A stretch of 64,000 nt of DNA from Pecten maximus (taxonomy: Eukaryota). A program made the position numbers and the translations under genes. The notes under the pieces were generated by a model that saw only the letters and a program-made list of their open reading frames with translations, did not search any database and was not told the DNA's origin. This document shows positions 54,801 through 64,000 of this stretch, piece by piece. The stretch lies in contig NC_047016.1 of NCBI RefSeq assembly GCF_902652985.1, positions 30,318,001 to 30,382,000 of the forward strand, read 5' to 3'. The number at the start of each line of letters is the position of its first letter. Position 1 is the first letter of the stretch.

Positions 54801-57800
54801 TAGTATAAAGCCAGGTGCAGTACTGGTGGTCTACCGATATACCCAGAAGGACATATTTGACCAATTATTTTCATAAAATTTTACCTGACGATACGTAGAA
54901 TATGTCGATATAAAGATAATGTTTTTTGTTAGTGCCTGGTCGAATGCTACAACGTTACGATACAGTGAATGGCCGCCTGAACAGATGCCAATCTGGCTTA
55001 GCTTTAGTGTATCTTTATGACTGCCGGAGTTATATTGTCTCCAAGGCTTCGTTTGACGGACAGCTACGCTTCTTTGTTTCTAAAGGGGAAGAAAAGACGC
55101 ATATTCATCTTCGTTAGATACAACGTAAAATGTATTCAAGAGAAATATTGAATGAAATGAGTGCCCTATTTTACAATGTGTAGCTATCTATGTGTACGTT
55201 TGAATGTCATGGTTTTAAATATAGCATCATAATATCTAGAACTATCTACAAAGTTTCGTATGTGTATCTCAATATATATTGATTTTTCTTAATTGTTCTT
55301 CACTGTGTATACCTTCAGTTCTGACTATTCCCAAAGATGTGAAATAAGACACGGACATTTATACAGAACTGCATATCTCTGTTGGTTGTTAGTGCATGTT
55401 TTCAAAATAAAATGTTAATACGAATACATGTATCAGGATAAAGGGTCTCGAATTATCTACCAGACACGCCATCGTCAATTATACATACGAAACTTAAATG
55501 ACGTGTATTGCGACATTTTATTAATATTGATATTGTACCTAATCAAACAAATCATATAGACGCATTGTACCCATGTCGTCTCCATAAGATTATAACTGGT
55601 AGAAAAAAGAGAAAATACAATAAACCAGGTATTTCATTGTGTGCAGTAGATGAAGTATGGCTAAATCCCCAATCCGACAGTGCATCCAATATAGGCTGTC
55701 TCTTGTAATACACTTCCATTGAATACAGCAGACATATTTTCTTTCCCAAAACATGCAGCGGCGTTTCATTTCACGCGATGAGCATGCCATTCCTTGGTCA
55801 TATTTTGTCAAATTACAAATTGCACTCGACACATGTAATGAAATTAGCACCGGAATAAAAATTTAATATGTTACAGGCTATATAAACTAAAACTGATATA
55901 TTAGTACGCATATATGTAATTCAACTCAAAAATGTGCAAATGTTAAATTATTTAAGATTAGGATTGAACAAAACAGCTAATATGAAATTATATTAAAAAA
56001 AACTAAATGCATATATAAATGAATACATTTAACCAATATCGCGTTGTGTCTATTTCTATCTTTGTCATTGTTGTGAAACTTAACAAAAATTACCCTTTGT
56101 CATGTTACATCCAGAATTTTATTACCCTTCTCGACGTGAGATATCTTGTATGTACCCCCATGCCTATTGCTCACAATTATGTCAATGATCAAAACTTAAC
56201 GTTATGAATGTATTATGATTCAAAAGTTTAGTTTTGAAATTGTATGGAATCTGCATATTTTTTACATATTGATTAAACTATTCAAAATTAATATAGGCAC
56301 ATATTTGGTATATTGTTACCAGTATTTCGCCGTACTTGATACCATAAGCTCTTTGTATCGGGTGGATTCCAATAGACGAAATATCCGTGTAGCATTGTTC
56401 TAATAATCTCATTGACCTAGCCTGTCGGGAATAAATGAACGTTCGACAGCTCCAATACCTCCTCTGACATATAAAAGGAAGGGGAATCGTGACATTAAAC
56501 GTGTCTTTGTAGTAAAATGTGTTACAATAGATGTAAAAAACATTGGATAACACCTTGGTATCATTTCCTATGTTGTTCGTTCGGTTTTTTAATTGAAGTC
56601 AATGCTTTTATCATGCAATGGACGCCTTGACGTTGAGACCTTTAGAAGATATATAGGTTCACAGTTCCGCAGACATCCGTTTCATGGTAGATAAGACGTA
56701 TTTGTTTTTGTGAAATTAAGAAATAAAAATGTACAAATTCGTGTATATGAACATGCCAAACAGAATATAAGCAAATCTCCAACTTGAAAGAATCCCCATG
56801 AGAGGTTTCCTGATTGGATCGGTGCCTTGAAAGGCTGTCTGTTCCGTATCGCTCACCTCTATCGGCTCGACTCTCCAGCACTGTGGAGAAGATAAAGAAT
56901 GGTGGCATGTTTTTCGTCATGACATGACGGGCTGTATTGCATAGTACATTACGCGATAGTGTTCCCTCCAGCTCGTAGCGGTTGATATCAGGACTAAACT
57001 GAACGTTAGATCCTTAGAGGTCATGTCATATCGGACAAACAAACGACTAGGTTTTCATCCTCACTTGACAATATTTAGATGCAACAAATCAGAGATCAAG
57101 CAGAGATTGATCGTTTGATTAAACACTAATATAGGCCAAGGTTGTTTTTCCGTAAAAGTAACACATACCTAGTATTCGAGTAAATCGCTTTAGATAGTGT
57201 TAACGCAGGACAGCCTTCATTGTACGTGTACCATCTAACATATATTGTCATGGGTCCCGTTTGCAAATGTCCTTTGTTTTGCATTCATAATTCACATGCA
57301 TATAGTAATTGTTTAAGGAATTATTTTCTCAGACTTGCTTATTTACTTTGTTTAATAAAACGCATACATTAGTTTGTGCCGTTACATTTTTGTAATATGA
57401 AAGTGTCGAGATAAATAGCCAAAAAGAAAATTTAGCATTTACCATATGTAAATATGGACGTTATATATTATATCTATATTAATATTTAAAACCTGCAAAA
57501 AGAAATCATCAATGTCTTTCAACGAAATACAAGCATCTTGTTTTTTATTCTTAGTGAAATGGTTGAATTTCTTTCCTTTTTTCTTTCTTTCTTTTTTAAA
57601 TGAATAAAATCCACTAAATGCGCATATGCCTCTTTCTTCGCCGACATGGTTTTGATTCTCTACTCGGACAGTTAAAAATGTTCTAAATCCTTCAGTAAAA
57701 CATTCAGAAAAACACCACGGCCTGCCGCCTACCAACAACAGGCCATTCCATGCCTACACCGATCGTCTATATGACATGAACATGAAGTCGAAAGCACTTT

Positions 57801-59213
57801 AGGCTTTGTGTCCATGCCCAAAACATTGATCTTGCTTAAATCCTGACGTACATATTACTTACCAAATATTGAGATGCTAAGCGTGATGCGTTTGGTTTCC
57901 TTGTTGTGGAACTTCACTTTCCATATAAAAGCATCCGTTTCTTCCCCCATTCTGTATCATATACTAGTAATAAGAGTATGTTTCCAAAATTATAATTTGC
58001 GTCAACGATGCTGATGAACAAGTTTACAACACATGCTCGAAGGTTTCGAGAGACGTAGGATAATGAAAACTATCGGGATAATACGTGTATGGTGTTCCCC
58101 TTAAACGTTTTGTTTTGTTGTGCGATTTCAAATTGATGATATAAATGCTGCTTAGCAGTGACTTTTGTCCTATTGTGAATTGTTACCAGTACGCACAATG
58201 GCCAACAATTCGTCTGTAGAATAAGAATAATTAGCGGATTGATATGTTACTTCACCATCATTCATTTGTGATTGCATCACGACAAACGAGCAGAGCATGA
58301 TATTATAGTGAATAAGTTACCTTAACAAATATCATCAATGGTTTAATTTATGACTTAATGCTTTGAGCAACAATGCTACTAATGTCTGTTGATAAGCATT
58401 TCGTTGTCGATCACTGATTATCACCGATTGGATATACAGATGTCTACATTTGATTGAAAACATATTTTTACGTTAGTGTTTATTTCAAAGATTTGGGGAA
58501 ATTACTCTCTTAGGATTTTCGTACTCATTTAATTTTTTCTAGATGCTACGCTGAAAGGCTTTTAACTGTTATATCATATTTGACCTATTTGATTTTTACA
58601 GAAAACTATTCGACGTTTCACAGACACGACATCTAAAACTATTGCATTACACATTTTTTTTCATAATATGACTTGAATAAGGATGATATATTTTCCCTTC
58701 TTTCTAAAGAGTTTAATTCTACATTCTATATCTATGCTACCTCATTTTGGGCATTTAGTTAAGCGGTCGCCACTTTTAGCAAGACTGTGGGTTTTGTACC
58801 CTTGTTAAGAAATACCAGCCTCTAAAAATGCTCAGTATTTTTTTCTAAGTGGGACGAATGTTTCACCCGTTGTCCCTTGTTGTTGTCTCCTGCTGCGTGT
58901 CTTTGACTGTATGCTTCAGTGCGAGAGCACTTTAAAGTCAGAATCAGTTCCGCACTATCAAGAGGGGCAAAAGAACAAACATACTACAGCTTCCCAAAAC
59001 ATGCTCACACTCAATACACACATCCATCTCGCAGGGGACACCGTCTAGAAATGAGCAAAGCTGTTGACAAGACGTTAAAAGTACAACACAAAACACTGCT
59101 CTCTCTTTGAGGACGTGATATTGTATCTAGATTGCATTGCGGATGTAGTGAGGATAGCATAAAAAGCTCTCTAGTCATCTAGTAATATATTTCCTTTATG
59201 TTTTGAACAGTCT

Positions 59214-60060
59214 TTACAAGAATCCTTGTTCAACGTGGATAATAGTTTCAACGATTTTGTTCTCTTTGTACTTTATTTAAACTTTGATATTAAATGTATC
59301 TTTCTTTTCTTTGTTCAAATAACACCTCCTTGAAATAATGAACAAACAGTGTACTGAAGATATTTGGATCATATACATATATGTCAGCCATCCTCGATAA
59401 CAACGCTTGGATCAAACATCACGTAGACGTTTCTGCTGACCTTTTACAACGCCCCATGCTTATCAATATTCCCAATTGTACAAAACTCCCTGTCCAGCGT
59501 AAAACGAAGGGGTTCATATTACAAAGGTCCCTTAGTTGTAAATGACTAAAACCAGCATTGTCAGTATCTCGTGAAATCCTATTTAGGTACATATTTAATT
59601 CATCTTTCGATAAATACAACTACTTTTTCTGTCATTTGAATACTAAGTATTGGAATCGACGATTATCTGAGCTTCATTACTGTCAATATGAATTATGACC
59701 TAAGATGATATTTGCTTGTCCACAGATGTCTTTACGTAAAACCATTCCATACGAAGCCTGAGGTTCTGGAGTGATGGTCAATATATAGTTTGGCTTTGAA
59801 TATTGACAGCATTAGATGATACAACTTTATCGCCTGTCAGCCTCGTTATGACGAGGAATACTTAAGCTGTCATCGTACAATGCCGAATCAGTCTAGCACC
59901 AGAATTGACCTAATTATTTTACGTATTTTTTATTTAGTTTTGCTACTCAATGGCAATTATCTGATCAACGTGTCTGTGATGCAATGTCCCATGGTAATGT
60001 TTCTTCTCGTGTACAATGTCCCTCCAGATCTGTTGTGTCATAAACGGCTTATTTGTCTAT
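59214..60060 (-). pseudogene. Disabled paralog of the coding sequence at 63776-64000
   Basis: Translates LISMGRCK/KVSRNVYVMFDPSV/YRGWLT...FIISRRCYLNKEKKDTFNIKV*IKYKENKIVETIIHVEQGFL*, against LINIGNCKGKVSEDIYVIFDRSVYFRGWPSMYTIFSISRRYHLKKEQKDKIEVQIMYKVNKIVKTIIHFEQGFP*. Same terminal TAA (59214-59216), a premature CAA>TAA at 59277-59279 and two frameshifts. The upstream limit (about 60060) is a guess from interrupted reading frames. Confidence 0.7.
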
Positions 60061-61069
60061 CATAAAGTTAGGTTTTCTGGCGGATATGTCAGAGTGACAA
60101 CCAAAAACGAATTTAAGTAATTCACTTGTACGATCAAAGACATTAAATTGTTATACATTAGACGATTCATCTGATACTAGGTATTTTAGACCGACAGGCT
60201 GTCTAAAAGGCTATATTATCGTATTACGTCTACAACTGAGATTGGCTTCTACTACAAAAGCACTTGTAATGATAATTATGAATCAAAGGCGATTTTCATC
60301 ATTTTATATCGCGATTATTAATTTAAAAACTACAAAACAGAGTTGATTGTTACAGTAAAAAACTATTTACATTGAAAAAGAAGTGTAAACGAAAGGTATT
60401 AATCCAACGAAAGGTAAACATGAACAATACAAAGACTCCTACCATGCAAACTTATATCATATTAATGTCGCGTTCCTAAAACGAGAACCATGGAAGTGAA
60501 ACGAAATTACAAGGCTCGCCATACTATACTTTTACACAATTAGATAACAGAGAGATGTTTCCGCGTGGGATCATTGAATAAGACCATTAAACCAGTGTAT
60601 GTTTAATATATACGTCAGGTTATGTACAATATCTATGATTTAATGTTTTTATTTTATATTGGGTGCTTCTAGGCGAACCTCAATTACATTCCTGCAGGGA
60701 ATTAAATACCTTAGTGTTCAATGTAGTGAGACGTAACCATTAACATTCCTAACCGTCACATATATTAAAGAAAACATTCACCAAACAACACAGAGGAGAA
60801 TAGAACGTGCGACTTCTATAATCGATGTAGCATTGCAAAGTTAGTAATATTCGCGGGGGATTTAATTTCGAAATATTCGCGTCATCAGATATAGCGCGAA
60901 AATATATATCCAGCAAATATTTATCATTACTAAGAAATCTATACAAGCTTTTACTGTAGAATGTATGCAAGGAGTGGTCGCGCGAATTAGGTCCGACTAT
61001 ATGACAACCGCGAGGTTATACGATCATCTTTAACTGATTTTCAGTATAAGCCTAATAAAAAAGTAAAAC

Positions 61070-61245
61070 TACATCGTACAGCTTTTGTTCCTTCTAAGAC
61101 CTAAAACTCATTCGTAATTTTACGGACATCAAAAAGACATTTTGGCCTTTTAGGACTCGTCAGTGATGATAGGGACATCACAAAGCTGTTTTGGTCCTCT
61201 AGGACTCGTTAGTGACTGTAAGGCCATCATACCGCTGTTTCTTTC
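61070..61245. repeat. Degenerate tandem repeat of about 49 bp, 3-4 copies
   Basis: Units start at 61141 (TTTTGGCCTTT-AGGACTCGTCAGTGA...CATCACAAAGCTG) and 61189 (TTTTGGTCCTCTAGGACTCGTTAGTGA...CATCATACCGCTG), with weaker flanking copies. Confidence 0.7.
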
Positions 61246-61345
61246 TTATAAAAGGTCAATTGTGAGCCTTTAAAAAGGGGGTGTATCACAGACCCCAATC
61301 AGGTTTTGCATAGGCAAAGCCGGCTAATTAGAAACGTATTGAATG

Positions 61346-61557
61346 TTTGATTTGTTTGGTTTGTTTTTGTTTAACGTCCTATTAACAGCCAGGGTCATTT
61401 AAGGACGTGCAAGGTTTTGGAAGTGGAGGAAAGTCGGGGTACCCGGAGAAAAACCACCGGCCTACGGTCAGTACCTGGCAACTGCCCCACGTAGGTTTCG
61501 AACTCGCAATTCAGAGGTGGCGGGCTGGTGTTAAAGTGTCGGGACACCTTAACCACT
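61346..61557 (-). mobile_element. tRNA-derived SINE with V-domain-like core, 5'-truncated, 13-bp TSD
   Basis: The minus strand reads AGTGGTTAAGG (3' half of box A) ... GAGTTCGAAACC (box B) ... GGTTTTTCTCCGGGTACCCCGACTTTCCTCCAC (V-SINE-like core) ... GGACGTTAAAC plus an (AAAC)-rich tail. It is flanked by perfect direct repeats AACGTATTGAATG at 61333-61345 and 61558-61570. Confidence 0.92.
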
Positions 61558-62240
61558 AACGTATTGAATGAAGCGTCAGTATGCATTTTCGATCTATTAT
61601 ATATATATGTGTGTGTAAAACAGTATAAATTACTACATATTGCATTTTATCCCATGACTATTTGTATCCTGTAGTTTTTTACCCATTGGGGGTTTGATAT
61701 CTTCATATCTATTAATGGCGGGAATCATTGCAGAATTCAGTCATTTCAACAAAACCGTAGTTCTAATTAAAACTCGATTAGTTGACCACAAAATATGAAC
61801 ACGCTTTACTTTTCCGCGACCTAAGAATGTAACGAAAATAAGTCCACGCGTTTCGTAGCAGCAAGCGTCTTGTAACGTTATTAAAGGCCAATCGACGTAC
61901 ACCCTATTCAGCTATTCACATTTCCATTACAAAAATGTTCCTCGGGTCACAGAGAAACTACACTGTATGTTTTAGGTGTTTATGGGAATTATCTATGTCT
62001 AGATCAATCATGCCTGGATATTGGTAATGACAGTGATAACGAACACTGTCAGGTCATTTCGTATAATGTAAACGTAGAACTTTACGCTAGGGGGATGGGG
62101 GTTACAAACGTATTACGTTGTGATGAACATTGCATATGGTATTTATGGAACAATTGCAAAAGGAAAAATCACTGAAATAATCATGCACATCGTCAAAACA
62201 AACGTAGGCCAATTTTGAAGACAAGAGTCAAGTTCAATGT

Positions 62241-62339
62241 ATTTCACTCGAGTGCTGAGGTGCACTATTCTTTAAGTACCATCTAAATAGAGAAATGGTT
62301 CGAAAGTGTTTAGACCTGCTTTCAGTACTCGAGTCAAAT
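62241..62339. mobile_element. 99-bp segment with 18-bp terminal inverted repeats (possible small MITE)
   Basis: ATTTCACTCGAGTGCTGA (62241-62258) versus the reverse complement of 62322-62339, ATTTGACTCGAGTACTGA; 16/18 identical. No clear TSD. Confidence 0.45.
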
Positions 62340-63021
62340 TTCACACAAATAACTAAATCATGTCGAATCGCAGATCTAGTTTATGACATATAATAGTCCG
62401 GAACTGTTTGGTAATTTTTGTAATTGTATACTTTTATAGTCACGTCCGGTCAAACGCATGTCCCTTTTGCATGCTGTAGACACTTGTGGACATAACGGTA
62501 TGGTTGTTTTATGCAATAAATGTGATCCAAACAAGCTAATTATGTTCTCGTGAAACATGCATTCTCTCGCATCATTTGCAAAAAATCACAAGTACCTTAG
62601 ATAATTACATGACAAAAACGAAGTCTGCGAGTAGATATGATCCTTATTACTTATTGATTAGGATACTGGCTTATAGCAGTTCTTCTTTATAAATGGCCCT
62701 TACGTCCAATCATACAAATCTTCAAAACAAATTACTAAACCTATTTGAATCGCATTCCTTCAGTTAGAAATTCGGCATATTCTCTCAAAGAACAATAAAA
62801 TTTATCTGATAATATTGATATTATGATTAATCCTTATATATACCATTACCTTGTCGTATCAGGTATTATGGGAGTTTCCGTTTCCTGGAAAGGCAAATGG
62901 AAATACGGATATGTAATTAGTTGGGGCAATAAAGCACGAAAAAGACAATCAAAGTCAATACTTGATGGGGCATCATTAATCTGATATTTTGCTGAATTTT
63001 CAAAAAAATTGAGAGTTGAAT

Positions 63022-63345
63022 GTTGAACTCCCTCCCCTGTACAGGAACAAACTGTACTCCCTATTCTGATTAAAGAACCAACTGAACTCCCAACTCCTTA
63101 CACTGGCCCTGTTTTCTAACAAACCGTATTACCTACCCCTGTTTAGAGAAGAAAACTGATCATCCTACCCCTATCCCGACCCTTTTTAAGGAACAATCTG
63201 AACTTCCTTCCTTTGTTAAGGAACAGCCTTAATTCCCTTTCCTTGTTTATGATCAAACTAATCCCTTGCTCCTGTTTTGTGATAAAGTGAACGCCCTACC
63301 TCTGTTTAGGAGCAAAACCCCTATCCCTCTTTGGAGACAAACTGG
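63022..63345. repeat. Decayed tandem repeat of about 30 bp (about 10 copies)
   Basis: Approximate consensus ACTGAACTCCCTACCCCTGTTTAGGAACAA; for example GAACTCCCTCCCCTGTACAGGAACAAACT, GTACTCCCTATTCTGATTAAAGAACCAACT and GAACTTCCTTCCTTTGTTAAGGAACAGCCT. Confidence 0.75.
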
Positions 63346-63775
63346 ATTTTCTTCGTATGTTATAGAAAAAAACGAATATTCTCCTTAACCGCTCTGGGTA
63401 CATAAGGGACTGAATTAGTTATAGAGTTGATAATGGCATATCAAATGTTCTGACATGTTTCTCATGGTACATCAGAATGCTTGTGATAGAAATTGATGAA
63501 AAGTGTAGGCGAATGTAGTGGTCTACATCCTAATCTTAATAGTAAAATGATATTTTGTCTTTTACATGATTATCTACCTTGTATAAAAAAAAAACGACAA
63601 TAGCTTTTGATAGGACGCTAAAAATACACATAGAAAACAAACAAAAACAAAAAGGTGTGAACTATCTCTGAGAACGTGATATTTTATCCAGATGTCTTTG
63701 GGTGTGTACTTGAGAAAGCAGAAAGACGCTCTCTAGTCATCAAGTGTTATATTTCCTGTATGGTTTGTACAGTCT

Positions 63776-64000
63776 TTACGGGAATCCTTGTTCAAAGTGG
63801 ATTATAGTTTTAACGATTTTGTTCACTTTGTACATTATTTGAACTTCGATTTTATCTTTCTGTTCTTTCTTTAAATGATATCTCCTTGATATCGAGAATA
63901 TAGTGTACATACTAGGCCATCCCCGGAAATAAACGCTTCGATCAAATATCACGTAGATGTCTTCGCTGACCTTCCCCTTACAATTTCCAATGTTAATCAA
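63776..64000 (-). CDS. 3' end of an uncharacterised protein-coding gene (open to the window edge)
   Basis: 74 open codons ending ...IIHFEQGFP*. Amino-acid similarity and an identical stop position in the diverged paralog at 59.2-59.5 kb support a coding origin. Family not recognised. Confidence 0.6.
   Translation of the reverse strand: MINIGNCKGKVSEDIYVIFDRSVYFRGWPSMYTIFSISRRYHLKKEQKDKIEVQIMYKVNKIVKTIIHFEQGFP

Noticed and set aside
55620-55708. LINE endonuclease-like motif (ISLCAVDEVWLNP)
   Set aside because: No other APE or reverse transcriptase motifs nearby.
61395-61586. 63-aa ORF and tRNA-like sequence
   Set aside because: Lies within the SINE. The tRNA-like head is truncated and does not form a complete cloverleaf.

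Overview
AT-rich (roughly one-third GC, estimated by eye), gene-poor eukaryotic DNA. The SINE and repeat types suggest a bivalve mollusc, possibly a scallop; that is inference. I found no prokaryotic operon, CRISPR array, rRNA or complete tRNA, and almost all ORFs in the track look like chance ORFs. Well-supported features: two adjacent and apparently related tandem arrays (45 bp at about 15.86-16.80 kb; 69 bp made of 30+39 subunits with a 138-bp higher-order phase at about 16.92-18.36 kb); a near-perfect 158-bp TA-flanked foldback MITE (23056-23213); a 5'-truncated tRNA-derived V-domain SINE with a perfect 13-bp target-site duplication (61346-61557); several short local duplications; and a minus-strand paralog pair 4562 bp apart, with an open copy running off the window end (63776-64000) and a disabled copy at about 59.2-60.1 kb. 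Weaker, motif-level signals suggest decayed exons of extracellular or immune-type genes (Ig, EGF, fibrinogen-C, trypsin, FN3) and a possible three-exon, 59-aa secreted-peptide gene (13329-14066). I cannot support a claim of a new biological system from the sequence alone. The best leads are the unrecognised paralog family and the small secreted-peptide model.
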